The notes: generated by a model from the letters alone, not told the origin. A stretch of DNA of 64,000 nucleotides from Octopus vulgaris (GCA_951406725.2 OX597815.1:53258001-53322000); one strand, 5' to 3'. Numbered from the stretch's first letter, positions 1-13,768 are shown. Made by a program: numbers and translations.

Positions 1-75
1 TCATTTGGGATATAGTTTTTAGAATAGAGCCCCATAACAACACTAAAATAAACGGTGGAAGAGCAGGAGAAAACA

Positions 76-224
76 AGTAGTAGTAGTAGTAGTAGGAGGA
101 GGAGGAGGAGGAGGAAGAAGAAGAAGAAGAAGAAGAAGAAGAAGAAGAAGAAGAAGAAGAAGAAGAAGAAGAAGAAGAAGAAGAAGAAGAAGAAGAAGAA
201 GAAGAAGAAGAAGAAGAAGAAGAA
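76..224. repeat. compound trinucleotide microsatellite (AGT)n-(AGG)n-(AAG)n
   Basis: Directly visible; explains the poly-S/R/K ORF 55..300. Confidence 0.97.
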
Positions 225-879
225 GGATGGGCGTGGAAGAAGAATCACACCAACTTTACATATATGTATTTTATACACAAGAAGAATTAATATTTGTTAA
301 GTGTTTCTGCTTGGCCATATTCCACATGTTGAACCAGTGAAAGAGTAGTAATGACATTCATACATATTCCCCAGAAACGATATGAAATGTCATCAAACTC
401 CAACCATAAGTGGGCTGCAGATGACCGTCAGTGATAATTCATTTACTATAAATGAAATTTTCAGTAAGTAGTTTTTATTTCATGAGTTTGAATATAATTT
501 AATGGTCATAAAATTAAATAGTTATAAAATTTGATGGTCATTGGATTAAATTTTACGGCCTTCACAGGAGAAGAAACAGAAGATATGTGGCCATAATACG
601 AATACACTCCAGAAATCTCTACTTATCAATCCTTGAATTATTCTTTTAAGATCGATAAAATAGCGAAAAAACAGCGACTGGATTCCATATGACCGACTGT
701 ATTCCTCCTCCAAATTTCTCCACGTTTATCACAAAGTAACCAGGCTCCACCACATATGGCACTACAGTAGTAACACTCCACTACCTCTGGCACAGAGCAA
801 TCACAAATCCCCACCTTCGTCACGGATTAATCACATTTTTCCACCTTCGTCTCAAAATATGGTGGTGGATCTCCGTCGT

Positions 880-1190
880 TCAGCAGTGAAGATTTAATCG
901 TTCGATCAATTAAATTACCTGCATATGAATTAGCAGGCAATTGGTTGAGTATTCCAGAGATGACTATGCTCTTAATCTAATCCTCAGATAGAATCAGTGT
1001 AATACTTTGTGTTCCTTTGAATTACAGGTACAATCCGTCAGAAGGGATTCTGTGTAGTCTGCGTCTGTCCAGTTTCACTCGTAAGGTTTGGGTTGACTTG
1101 AATCTATAGTAAAGAACAACTGCCAAAGATGCCATGAGGTGGGATCGAACCTGGTTTTCGTGATTACAAAGCGAACTTTACTGAGACCAT
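880..1190 (-). mobile_element. decayed tRNA-derived SINE (B-type head/core + C-type tail)
   Basis: Minus-strand B box (aggttcgatccc), core 'gcatctttggcagttgttctttactatag' similar to SINE B, and tail similar to 5420-5480. Confidence 0.6.
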
Positions 1191-1332
1191 CACGTTGGAC
1201 CCTGAAAGCCTTTACTCGTACATCTGTACAATTAGATTTGAGATATCGACTAAGCAAGCGACAAGAAGAGCATCCTATCTAACATGCATCAATTCCTGTT
1301 CTGGTGATTCTTTTTGACAAGCATTATTAAAA

Positions 1333-1530
1333 TGGTGGCGAGCTGGCACAATCGTTTGCATGTCCAACAGAATGCTTAACGGCATTTTGTCCGTCTTCAT
1401 GCTCTGAGTTCAAATTCCGCCGAGATCGACTTTGTCTTTCATCTTTTTGGGATCAATAGAATAAGTACCAGGATCGACCTACCCCTCCCTTGAAATTGCT
1501 GACTTTGTGTCAAAGTTTGAAATCATTATT
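1333..1530 (+). mobile_element. tRNA-derived SINE family A
   Basis: ggcgagctggcac(g)aatcgtt...ctgagttcaaattcc (B box)...gactttgtctttcatc...ataagtacca; many homologous copies in the window. Confidence 0.85.
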
Positions 1531-1546
1531 AAAATAAATGTACATA

Positions 1547-1716
1547 GGGCGGTGAGCTGGCAGAATCGTTTGCATTCCAGACAAAACGTTTTACGATATT
1601 CCATTCGTTTTTACGTTCTGATTTCAAATTCCACCGACGTCGACTTTGCTTTTCATCATTTCAGAGTCGATAATCGACTTACCCACTTTCCCGAAATTGC
1701 TGGCAATGTACCATAG
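1547..1716 (+). mobile_element. SINE family A (internally deleted)
   Basis: Same head and central domain as 1333-1530, tandem to it. Confidence 0.8.
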
Positions 1717-2269
1717 ACATATTCACTACAAAGGTAATAACTTTTTTTTTTAAATTTTCGTCTTTAAAAAAAAAATTGAACATTCCTGTTTTCATCTTCG
1801 TCAAATTTTGTGCAACTTATTAAATTATTCATTTATTTATTTCGAAAAAATACTATTCAACATTTTAAAATTTTGTAAACTTTAAAATATAAGAATTAAA
1901 AAAAAGGAAAAACGGAGAATAATGTTAAATATGAGGCACCATCAGTCTTGAAATTTATCTATAATTAAATGAAATAAATATCTATGTACATATGATTATA
2001 ATAATACGCAGACACTCAGTCATATTGACGATACAGTTTAGCAATGGAAGACAAAAAAAAACAACAAATAAACAAGCAAGCAATGTTGCAAATCAATGTT
2101 TAATAATTTTATTTAAAATGAAGGCTGTACTGTAGATTTCATAATCTGTTTGCATCTGATGTACGAATGGAATAAAGGATAAGACAACAAACAAACGTAC
2201 AGGAGAAGGAAAGATAGCAAAATGTCCCTGTGTTTATCTAATTAGTGATGGCACCGACACACTAAGTAT

Positions 2270-2570
2270 ACACACATAGACGTGTGTTTGTGTATGTCTA
2301 TACGTACATATATATACTTACATACATACATGCATACATACGTACATATATTCATATACACATATATACATATATACATGCATACACATATATGTACATA
2401 TATGTATGTATGTATATATATATATGTATGCATGCATGTATGTATATATATGTATGTATGTATGTATGCATGTATGTATGTATGTATGTATGCGTGTGTG
2501 CATGTGTGAGTGAGTGAGTGAGCGAATGAGTGAGTAAGTACGTGAATGGGTATGTGTGTGCGTGTGTGTA
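2270..2570. repeat. compound (TA)/(TACA)/(TGTA)/(TGAG) microsatellite
   Basis: Directly visible. Confidence 0.9.
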
Positions 2571-2639
2571 TAACAAGGCATAAATAATGGGTATTATTTC
2601 CTTTGTAGTAAATTCCTTATTGTAGTAAATATAACTTAC

Positions 2640-2892
2640 AGTTGTAAACACACCAGCATCGGTTGTCAAGCGATGGTGGGGGAACACAGACGCACAAATA
2701 AATACATACATGCATATATATATATACGACAGGCTTCTTTCAGTTTCCGTCTACCAGATCCACTCAAAAACAAGGCTTTGGTCGGCTTGAGGCTATAGTA
2801 GAAGGCACTTGCCCAAGGTGCCACGCAGTGGGACTGAACCCGGAACCATGTGGTTGGGAAGCAAGCTTCTTACCACACAGCCACTCCTGCGG
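2640..2892 (-). mobile_element. tRNA-derived SINE family B with internal microsatellite
   Basis: Minus strand: gcaggagtggctgtgtggtaagaag (A box)...gggttcagtccc (B box)...accttgggcaagtg (CORE-like)...ggtagacggaaactgaaagaagcc-(TA)n-...cttgacaaccgatgctggtgtgtttac. Confidence 0.85.
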
Positions 2893-2942
<50 letters not shown>

Positions 2943-2974
2943 ATGTATAAAATACACATACATACATACATACA

Positions 2975-3006
<32 letters not shown>

Positions 3007-3179
3007 CATATATATATGTATTTAGAGAGAAAGAGAGAACTAACATGTGTGTGTGTGTGTGTGTGTGTGTAGCTATACTGCCTAAAGTACGCAAACACTC
3101 AGAAATCTTGTAACATCTTCCACACTCGTAGCCTACTCCTGTCTCTACATCTGGCCAAAACACCTTCTGCCTTATTGTC

Positions 3180-4195
3180 ATCAAAATCTGTGTTTCTATT
3201 TATTTCGGCTTTAAATCTACTGTAATTTCTTTTATGAAAGTTCACCGACTGTGTCTGCTGCAGCTAAAACATTAATATTGCAGGTAATTTTTGTGACTGA
3301 CCTAAAAGATCTATATCCGAAATATTTGCTATGCCCCAAAACTGCTGGATTTAAACACATTTTCCAATGATATAGGGATGAAATTTGGTCGGAAGTAAAA
3401 TTCATACTTAATAAATGAACTTGTTAAAACTGTTCCCTAAACCCAAACTCTTTGCTTCAGTAGCGTTTCTATCTCTCCAATTCCTCAAAATTATTGTTAC
3501 AAATACCTAGAGATTCACGAAAAGTATATCATACAATAGTACAATGAACAAAGATAGAATAACTACAATATGTTATAGCAGACTTAAAAAGATACAGCAG
3601 TCAGGGCTTTCTGTTTACAATAAGATAATATTCCACCACGCATTTGCTGTACACACACTAATACCAACACTTGGTAACTTGACTGACCTATAGAGGAAAT
3701 TCGCTAAAATCCGAAAGTTCTTGATATCTTCGGCAAATTTTCAGGTACCCTCTAAACTTGAAAAAGATGATTATATTCACATGAAGTATAACCTGTCTGA
3801 GACACGTGAATGAACATCACATGACATCTCGATTGCTACATTTTTGTAATCCAAGAGCAGAAGATACTTACAATTTATTTAATGAACAAACGGGAAGCTT
3901 AAGGTCTTAAAATCCCAAGACGCAACCACAAGTGCTGATTATGTCATTCTTCAGTGAAGAATATAACACATGCAATAAGTAACTGGCCAAAAATATCATC
4001 GATGTGCTAGCTCCCACTTTGACATGATGTTGTCGCTAAAACAATATATAATATCATCCGCAGAAATGACTAACCTGGGATAAATATAAACATCATCTGC
4101 AATGGAGTACATAGGTACACATCAACACATGCAAGATTGGTGGAATATTCCCATTAAAATTTTTACCAAATGTAAACAAAACTGACCTGACATAT
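3180..4195 (+). pseudogene. old R4/Dong-type RLE non-LTR retrotransposon remnant (RT to endonuclease)
   Basis: Frameshifted manual translation gives ordered motifs FVTDLK (YxDD-like), DIGMKFG, YKYLE, SGLSVYNK..HAFAV, IQEQKI, HDVVAKTIYN, WWNIPIK and N*PDI. Confidence 0.7.
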
Positions 4196-4199
4196 ATTT

Positions 4200-4700
4200 T
4201 CCAAGAATAGTTCATGCTCTTAATGGAAATGATTCGGATTAAAGAGTGGGGTTTTGCGAGTGATACTTGGTGGCATGTGTAGATGATGGGACACTTTCCT
4301 CAAATACAGTTTAGAGTAAAGAGGCTATATTTAAATCAAATGATTCAATTAACCGTCATAATGATACCTACTGAGAATCTGAAACATCATGTTAATTTTC
4401 CAGGAGTTACACTACGGCATGGTTTACATTTAAAAATATTAATTGGACCATTCTTTTTTTGACGGTATTTTGAATGGTTCTTTACTTGAACTTGCTGCAA
4501 CAGTCTGTCATGCCAAGCATTTAAGAAGGCTTTGAAGATGTGAAGTTTTATTTCTATCAAGATGGGCACCCCACACTACCGTAGTAATATGGAAGCCTAT
4601 CTTGAATAGATTTTGTCAAACATGTAGATTGGGCTAAGAGATTCAGTAGAACACCACTGCGTGCATCTGACCCCTAGCACTATAATTTTTAATTTTTAAC
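4200..4700 (+). pseudogene. Tc1/mariner transposase remnant (rosa/DD41D-like)
   Basis: Manual translation: RVGFCE..SKEAIFKSNDSINRHN..FPGVT..LIGPFFFDG..YLNLLQ..FYQDG(AP)PHY..IGLRDSVE; many stops. Confidence 0.65.
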
Positions 4701-4735
4701 TTCGAAGAAGTTTACAGGACAAAATCAGCAACAGC

Positions 4736-4800
4736 TTAAGGCGGTGCTCCTGCATGGCCGCAAACAAATGACTGAAAAGCAAAAGAATAAAAGAATAAAC
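4736..4800 (+). mobile_element. isolated 3' tail of SINE family B
   Basis: aaggcggtgctcctgcatggccgca..aaatgactgaaa..agaataaaagaa matches the reverse complement of 7948-8000. Confidence 0.75.
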
Positions 4801-4929
4801 AGTCGACGAAGTAAGAACATTCATTGAAGGAGAATGCGCAAAAATACCGAACAAAGTATATCTTGATGCTTGCAATTTTATTGCTTCGCGTTATCACTAG
4901 CATATGGACCAGAAAACGCACACACAGAC

Positions 4930-4983
4930 ATGTGTGTATGTATATATGTATATATGTGTGTGTGTATGTGTGTGTGTGTATAC

Positions 4984-5026
<43 letters not shown>

Positions 5027-5169
5027 TATATGTATGTACGGATATATGTATATGTATATGTATATATATACGTATATATATATATATATATATATATATG
5101 CATATACGTATGTATATGAATGTATATATATATATACATATATATATATATGTGTGTGTGTATGTGTGT

Positions 5170-5209
<40 letters not shown>

Positions 5210-5217
5210 CTGTGTGT
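4930..5217. repeat. compound (TA)n/(TG)n microsatellite
   Basis: Directly visible. Confidence 0.95.
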
Positions 5218-5545
5218 GGAGGCGCAATAGCCAAGTGGTTAGGACAACAGACTTGCGGTCGTGGGATCGCGGTTTCGATTCCCAGACCGAGCGTTGTGAA
5301 TGTTTATTGAGCGAAAACATCTAGAGCTCCACGAGGCTCCGGCAAGGGGGGTCGGCGACCCTGCTGTACTCTTTCACCACAACTTTCTCTCACTCTTTCT
5401 TCCTGTCTCTGTTGTATCTGTATTTCAAAGAGCCAAACTTGCCACACTGTGTCACACTGAATCTCCCCAAGAAATACGTTAAGGATCACATGTTCCGTTG
5501 ATTGGATCAACTGGAACCCTCTTCGTCGTAACCGACGTAGTGCCA
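5218..5545 (+). mobile_element. tRNA-derived SINE family C
   Basis: A box tagccaagtgg, anticodon-arm remnant, B box ggtttcgattcc; body ends gtcgtaaccgacgtagtgcca; flanked by microsatellites. Confidence 0.8.
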
Positions 5546-5562
5546 TATGTATGTATATATAT

Positions 5563-5669
<107 letters not shown>

Positions 5670-5729
5670 GTATGTATAAAAATATGTATATATAGCCGCA
5701 GGCGTGGCTGTGCAATAAGAAGGAGGTCT

Positions 5730-6390
5730 TCCCATTGCTCTCATCCGCTCGGGTACCACTCGACAACTGCACGGATCCACTGATTGTCTGTGGACATTGC
5801 GACATGACCAGCCCATCGTAGCTTTAAGTGGTGGTATTCTGCGGCGACGTTCTTCGCTCCTGTTCTATTCCTGATCTCCTCGTTCCGGATGTGATCTCTT
5901 AGCGAGATTCTCAACATCGACCTTTCCATGGCTTTCTGCACCGTAAGTAAATGTTCTTTAGTCTTCGTAGAGGCCCAAGTATCACTTGCATATAGCAGTG
6001 CAGGCAAGACTGTGCTGTTGAAGAGATTGGTACAAGTTGCCTTGTCTAGGTTCACCTTCAGTACATCCTTCACCGAGCTGAATGCTCTCTATCCTGCTGT
6101 TACTCTTCGCTAGATCTCATTCTCCATTTCTCGCTTTATAGTCACTTTTTGACCGAGATACACATAGTTGCCCACCTCTATTATTTCATCACTTTCGAAT
6201 GTTAATCGACTGATCGGTACGCCTTCAGACTACTTGTGCTGGGTTTTCGTATGTTTGATTTTCAGACCGACCACCGAACCCCTGAAATCCAGTCCGTCCA
6301 GCATGGTCTGCAGCTGATCGGTGCTCTCCGCTATCAGCGAATCTTAGATGGTTGAGCAGCTCTCCGTTTATCCTTGTGCTTCCATTCACT
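5730..6390 (-). pseudogene. RTE-clade LINE reverse transcriptase fragment
   Basis: ORF 5741..6073 has LFNSTVLPALLYASDTW, MERSMLRISLRDHIRNEEIR and LRWAGHVA; upstream manual translation gives RINGELLNHLRFAD and GLKIKHTKTQ. Confidence 0.9.
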
Positions 6391-6546
6391 AGCTTATCTT
6401 ATCCGCTTATCTGGAACAAATAAGCTAACATATGCTGTCAAAATGTATTTATAAATATGTTTATTGATATAAATTCCTACATAAAAAGCCATGCAAATGA
6501 GAGTTGTTTATATGAACACAGAGGTTCTTTAAAATATTAGCGCATA

Positions 6547-6985
6547 GAGGGTAGCGAAGATCGGCAGAAACGGTAAAGTATAGGACCAAATGTATTTCAG
6601 TAGCAAACTACGTCTCTTCATATTCTCAATTCGAAATCTGCCTGGTATCAGCTTTGTCATTGATCGTTCTGGGGCAAATAAATGAAGAAACATTAAAGGA
6701 CTGGAATCGTTTTAAGCGACAATAAAGTTATCCAAAAACTGAGGATCTGTGTTAACGTTAGAAACTAATGAGCGGTGAGGTGGTAGAATAGTTAGTGCAC
6801 CGGACAAAATGCTTAGCGGCATTTCTTCCGAATTCATGTTCGGAGTTCAAATGCCAGCGGGGTCGACTTTGCCTTTCATGCGATCGATAAAATAAGTATC
6901 AATTGAGCACTGGGGGGAGGGCGCTGTAACCGACTTGCTCCCTTCCTCGAAATTGCTGGCCTTGTACCATAGTTTGAAACCAATA
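6547..6985 (+). mobile_element. two tandem SINE family A copies (old, ~6547-6765; younger, ~6771-6985)
   Basis: Both match the family A head and central domain. Confidence 0.75.
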
Positions 6986-7709
6986 TTAGACACTAATACA
7001 CCTAATAGTTTTCACAAGGGCTTACACACACACACACACACACACTCACACACACACACTAACACACACACAGAGTAACCAGCAAAGAAGGCAGTGTCAA
7101 AAGGCTTTTACAGTACCTCCCAAATTGATTTAAGAAGGTATCTCAAAGGGAAGGCCTGATACGAATCCTTGCAGCAGAGTAGGCTTTGTTAAAGGCGCCA
7201 AATGCGTCAGGTGACGGTAGTAAACTGGGAGATGGGTTTATATGTGTGTGTGCACTTGTGTCTGTGGAAGTGAGTGTTTATGAATATATATTTTACCTCT
7301 ATCAACAAGCTACTTTCGCTTTGTAGAATATCATTTATATTGACAGAAAATCATAGTAGTTTATAATGCATTCACATTTATAAATCATTGATTTAACCAC
7401 TGTTGTCGAAGAAGCACTAGGTGTCATAGCGTGAGATTGTAGTGAAGGAAAGCTCATTTTAAGTAGTTATATTTCAGAAAAAATTCTAACTTTAAATACG
7501 AAAAGTCCATATTGGGATGAATACGTAGTTCCCACTAAATCTTGATATAAGGAACTTCATACGAGAGAGGAAACAGGAAACACTAAACACCTAACTTTCC
7601 CTTCACAAGTTATGTTAAAAATATCGACCACAGAATAATGGATTGATACTTGTTTAAATAAGTTTCAGCTTTTAATTCACAACTCATACATATACGTGTG
7701 TATTTGTCT

Positions 7710-7758
7710 ACACACACTTACACCCGCGCACGCGTGCACGCACGCACGCACACACGCA

Positions 7759-7850
<92 letters not shown>
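7710..7850. repeat. (CA)n microsatellite
   Basis: Directly visible. Confidence 0.95.
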
Positions 7851-7852
<2 letters not shown>

Positions 7853-7947
7853 TAAAGTGTTTCTACCCTTAAATGACATATTACCACCAGAGGTAAAACG
7901 CGTATATGTCTGTGTATGTGTGTGTCAAGGTGAGTGTGTATATATAC

Positions 7948-8151
7948 ATTCTCTTATTGTTTCAGTCATTTGACTGCGGCCATGGTGGAGCACCGCCTTT
8001 AGTCGAGCAAATCGACCCCAGGAATTATTCTTTATAAGAATTGTACCTATTCTATCGTTCGCTTGGGCCGAACCTCTAAGTTACGGTGACGTAAACACAC
8101 CAGCATCGGCTGTCAAGCGATGGTAGGGAGACAAACACAGACACACAAACA

Positions 8152-8192
<41 letters not shown>

Positions 8193-8264
8193 GTATATAT
8201 ATATATATATATACATTCGACGGGCTTCTTTCAGTTTCCGTCTACCAAATCCACTCACAAGGCC

Positions 8265-8265
<1 letters not shown>
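7948..8265 (-). mobile_element. SINE family B (5'-truncated, complete 3' tail)
   Basis: Shares core and tail with 2640-2892; internal (CA)n(TA)n at 8150-8213. Confidence 0.85.
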
Positions 8266-8308
<43 letters not shown>

Positions 8309-8977
8309 GTATGTATCTATGTATGTGTGTATGTGTGCTTGTGCGTGTGTGTATGTATGTACATATGTATATATACATATATGATAGTTTGTAAACACGC
8401 ACAAATGCATACATATTCATATAAAGTATGATAGTATATAAGTGTGTTGTGTGTGTGTGAGTGTGTGTGTGTGTGCATTTTAAGAGTAGTGGAGACAGCA
8501 ATGCGTCTGTGTGTAAGTGCGTGTATTCTACGACGAAGATGAAATGAGGGGAAGATGGAAACGTCAACTGTTGTATAAATTAGTACAACGGATGTCGGTC
8601 GTGAAAAGTTGTTATCAGCAATTACCTTATGTGGCAAAATGGCAGCGGACATGTCACTGTCTTGTCGTCCGTATGAAGTGTCAATGAATTCACACCCCAT
8701 GCCTCACCTTTCTCTCTCTCATTCAGGAAACTTTATAACTCTCTTGTCAATTCTAAGTGTTTGGCCTTTTCCACACAAGACTCTCATAGAGCACATTTTC
8801 TGTCTTAAAGTCTCCTTCTCTTTTGCGTTCTTAATTATGCCTCTGGAGATGGTGCACGTGGCCTTATATACGTGTATGTGTGCGTGCGTGTGTATCTGTG
8901 GTGCGTGTGAGTGTATGCGTCTGTGTTTGTGCGCGTGGTAATTATTTATATTTGTGTACATATTTACATAACTTACA

Positions 8978-9027
8978 GCAACAACAACAGCAGCAGCAGC
9001 AACAAAACAGCAACAACAACAACAACA

Positions 9028-9120
<93 letters not shown>

Positions 9121-9135
9121 ACTAAAGGTGCTGCT
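8978..9135. repeat. compound (CAG/CAA)-(CTA)n-(CTG)n microsatellite
   Basis: Directly visible. Confidence 0.95.
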
Positions 9136-9199
9136 GCTAACACTACTGTTGCTACGTCTGCTAATTGGTCGAATAATCTCTTTATTTACAGTCTCTTTA

Positions 9200-9405
9200 T
9201 GCAGTCTCTTTATTTACTAGAAATAGTACTCAAACCTCACCTATATATTAGACCTCGCCATCTTCCAAAAGAAGGACAAGATGAATAATTTGGTCGTAAA
9301 TACACTGTCTCCAGAAACAGGAAGGAATTAAGCTAGGATGTAATGCCTTTGATCACAGGTTTACTCCATTATGGCTGACCTTGGGTTAACCAAGGATTAC
9401 AACAT
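9200..9405 (+). mobile_element. interspersed repeat family E (unclassified)
   Basis: tagaaatagta..aaggaca..tgcctttgatcacagg..gctgaccttggg..aac; similar sequence at 51515-51672 and partial copies near 50085 and 51740. Confidence 0.5.
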
Positions 9406-10557
9406 TAATTACTACGGATGATGGGTATAATGATTTCTTAGAGACAGACGCAGAAAAAACTGCGCAGTTAATTAAATCAACTTAAGTGATGCCAGATAAT
9501 ATATTTTACAGATCCCTAGGGTTGGAGATGAAAGCAGAGTCGCAATACCGGTTGAATTTGAATCCACAGAATACAGAGAGCACTGATTAAATATTGCAAA
9601 GTATTATAGCCAGTATTCTATTGTTACCTCGATCCCACTGATTTAATTCATATTACCATTTCTACCTCTGTTAGTAACAATTATTAAAATTGTTACTAAT
9701 AGAGACAAACTGGGAGAGGTGTTCGCCGTGCAAGAAACTGAGAAGCATCATACAAAAGTCATAATTAGCAATGCGACTGCATCATCTTGTGACGATGAGA
9801 AAAAGATGGAAATTAAGCAAGAGTATCAGTGTGTCGGAAACAATCGGAAGAAAAGGATTATATTCCAAGGTAAGCGAAGTAAAATATGTGAGAAAGAGTC
9901 CATCACCTCCACGATGAATTGAAGCTCTATTAAAAGGAAATGGAGGGCCGATTAGAATCGGAGAAAGACGAAGGAAGTAGTAATGTTTTGAGGAAAAATG
10001 GAGATTTCCAAGATTAGGATCACGGGGAACTCTGCCTAAATCCAGTCGTATGGTAGATGGGTTATACTTAATACTTTTCATTGCATAACGATCTTACCTA
10101 TCACATTTTTATAGGTAGTATTTTGCATAATTTTGCAAACCCCTCCTTTTGAAGCACATTGTGTGAATATGTATGTATGCATGCATGTATTTATGGATAG
10201 ATGCATGTATATTTATAAGAACGGTGGAATTAATACTTCGCAGTATTCGTTCCGGCCTTTAACGTTCTCAATTCGAATCCCGTTGCGGTCAGCTTTGCTT
10301 TTCATTACTCAGCAATCGATGAAATAAATTACCAATCAAAAATGGAATCACTGTATTCGACTTGCTCTCCAACTCAAAATGGTTAGTGTTATGCATACAT
10401 CATCATCATCATCATCATCCTTACTATTATAGACGTCGTACATTATACAATATCGTGATTGAAGATATTGTATATACCGAGAGTTTGTACTGTTTGCCAA
10501 GTCACAAGTGCCATAGGATTTTTACCTTCCCTTTTTTGTCCATTACCTTTTCCGGTG

Positions 10558-10584
10558 TTGTTGTTGTTATTATTATTATTATTA

Positions 10585-10646
<62 letters not shown>
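10558..10646. repeat. (TTA)n microsatellite
   Basis: Directly visible. Confidence 0.95.
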
Positions 10647-10647
<1 letters not shown>

Positions 10648-10842
10648 TCAGATTGGGTGGTATTGAACTCAATGCTCCGATGGCAATAGAGATAACCTTT
10701 ATGCTTGACTCCTGTAGCTGCTATATCTTAAAATCTCAATTCTCAGGTCTCCACATTTATCAACATTTTCCTCTTTCTTTCATCATGATATAGTAGAAAG
10801 GATCATCATCATCATCATCATTATTATTGTTATTATTATTAT

Positions 10843-10992
10843 GTTTTGAGTTCAAATTTCGCCGAAGTCGACTTTGCCTTTCATCTGTTCGGGATCAATA
10901 AAACGAGTACTTGCTCAGCACTGGGGTGGATGTGATCAGCTTAAACCTTTCCCTCAAATTGCTAGCCTTGTGCCAAAATTTAAAATCATTAT
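10843..10992 (+). mobile_element. SINE family A, 5'-truncated, in a (TTA)n tract
   Basis: Begins at the B box gagttcaaatttc; flanked by ttatta repeats. Confidence 0.8.
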
Positions 10993-11225
10993 TACAATTA
11001 ATTTTATTATAATTGAAGAAAATAGAATGTAAAGTGGACATTAAAAGTGGTTCTGGAAGAGTAATTGTTGAGAAAACAAAATATACAGTAGACACGCACG
11101 GACACAGACACTCATCTCCTCACACGCACACCAACTTCCGCTCCAGTCGTATCATACTCACACTAGATCACGAAACACACGAGTGCGCAAGTACATGTGT
11201 AATCACAGAATCTCACACCCACACT

Positions 11226-11273
<48 letters not shown>

Positions 11274-11999
11274 CCATATACGTGCACACAAGTAGAGAAG
11301 CGGAGTCACGCGCATTGATCATGAAGCAAAATAGAAATATACAGATAGATGGATGAATATAAGTGAAGAATGATCGAAGAATATAAAAATGTAAGAAAGG
11401 TGGGAGATTAAAGTGGTTTTAAGGAGAAAGAAAAGAATTGGTTAAGCCTGTATCAGAAACGTTATCAAATTATTGTCGTCTGTTCAGTGCTTTGTTTAGA
11501 CAATACTCGTGAAAGCTAGTCGCTGGCACAAGTTATCTAATTAGGGACAACTGTCTCCATCAAGTGGCAGAAATATGGCGAACGAGACCTTCCCGCTACC
11601 GCCGATCCCGTCTCCCCACCACTACGATCAACATCGCCGCCGCCACCATTACTATCGACTAATCGGTTAGAAAGTATAAAACAAGAGAAAAGTAGGTGTG
11701 AAAAGCAGAAGATGTGACAAGCAAACGGAATTACTGCATATATTTCTGTCGTCATCTTAAAACTTTAATATCATAAATATATCTGCCGTATATTCCTAAT
11801 AGGATGCTGGAATACAGAGCTGCGGTAATTTTACTCATAGTTTGCACACAAATGCACATAGATATTACACACAAACACACACGTATGTGCATACAATAAC
11901 ACACTAACACGAATCATAACACACAGAGACACAAACACAGACATGCACAGACACACAGGCACACATAAACACACACAAATGTATATATGCTACTATGTA

Positions 12000-12067
12000 G
12001 CCAAGTGATATATATATATATATATATACAGAGAGAGAGAGGGAGTGTTGACCAGTTGCATGTGTAC

Positions 12068-12112
<45 letters not shown>

Positions 12113-12259
12113 TAGATAGATAGATAGATAGATTGATAGACATAGATGTATATATGTATGTAAGTATATGCACATATATATGCATATATATGTTTATATA
12201 TATGTATATGTGTATACTTGGTTGCATGTAGATACTTATGTACATATTTCCAGTTATAT

Positions 12260-12316
<57 letters not shown>

Positions 12317-12512
12317 ACATGTATGAATGTATATGCACACACTCATGAATATTGATTATATTTGCTTGTGCTTTCATCTGTCTATGATTTTTGTTTGAGA
12401 TTGTATATATAATTCTCTGTGTGTAGAACGTAATTCGAATATATGCACCAGAGTCTCGCCTAAACGCAAACATACTCATACGCCAGCACACACACGCACA
12501 CACACAAACACA

Positions 12513-12586
<74 letters not shown>
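12000..12586. repeat. microsatellite cluster (TA)n/(GATA)n/(CA)n
   Basis: Directly visible. Confidence 0.9.
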
Positions 12587-12590
<4 letters not shown>

Positions 12591-12944
12591 GGTATATATT
12601 TATTGCAGCCAGTTTATTGAATTACATATTTTTTTATATTCACTTAAAAATGCTTCACTGCTGGTGGGCGTGTTCTTCTACACTGACGGAACATGAAAGG
12701 ATGGGCATGGACGGAACAAATGTATTCCCATGCTAGAATGGGCAGAATTGAGTGACTGAAATTACTTTCAATCTGGTGTCTTCGCGTGCATTGAGAAGGA
12801 GCAGAAGCTTTTGTTTTCCTGGTGTATGAAACATTGTGACAAGGACGACAGTGTTACGACTGAAGACCATACCATTAGATTTCTTTGAAGAGGCAAGCAA
12901 TTTTCTTGTAACTTGTGGAAAGAGTTTGTGCAGCGGACACAAGA

Positions 12945-13372
12945 GAAATGATCGGCAGAACTATTAGTGAATCGGAGGAAACTGCTTGCGATATTTATTT
13001 CGGCTCTTTTACATACTGAGTAAAGAACCGAAACAAATTCCATCAAGGCCAACATGACTTTTATCATTTCGGGGTCGATGATATCGACTAGCTCCCTCTC
13101 CACAAAACTTTTAGCCCCAATTAAAAGGAATCATCATCATCATTACTATTAATAAGGCGGCGTGCTGACAGAATTGTTTGCACGCCGGGCAAGGCACATA
13201 ACGGAATTTCGTCCGTCTTCATGTTCTGAGTTCAAATTCTGTCGAGATCAACTTTGCCTTTCATCCTCTCGGGAACGATAAAATAAGTACCAGTTGAGAA
13301 CTGTGGTAAATGTAATCGAATTACGCTCTTCTCCGAAATTGCTGGCCTTGTGCCAAATTATGAAAGGTTATT
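12945..13372 (+). mobile_element. two SINE family A copies (decayed ~12945-13135; near complete 13155-13372)
   Basis: Family A head, B box and central domain. Confidence 0.78.
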
Positions 13373-13646
13373 ATTATTGATTTGACTCAGCTTCGTTCTA
13401 ATTCCAGGTAGAATTATTGTGGGCAGTGGGTTACTACTTGTAATCTTATCCCTAAGTTTTCAACGATCTTTCAAGGGCTTAAAACCTTCCTGATAATCTT
13501 TCCTGTTCCTAAGGGGAAAACTTTCAGTTGAAGCTCTCCAGTTACTAGTACACCATTATTACAGCCATAATTTTTACAGTTTTCATATTCCAAACTCCTC
13601 TGCAATTTCAAAATTTTCAGGGATTGCTGTTGTTGTTGTTATTATC

Positions 13647-13768
<122 letters not shown>

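Noticed and set aside
638-823. Cys-rich 61-aa ORF as a possible exon
   Set aside because: No recognisable domain or supported splice structure.
5218-5290. tRNA-like sequences (also 46573, 55360-55430, 61470-61528)
   Set aside because: A/B boxes are present but acceptor stems do not pair and each continues into a repeat body; these are SINE heads, not tRNA genes.
11904-12587. 227-aa ORF and the many other CV/YI/HT/poly-amino-acid ORFs
   Set aside because: Stop-free translations of di-, tri- and tetranucleotide microsatellites; no domain content.
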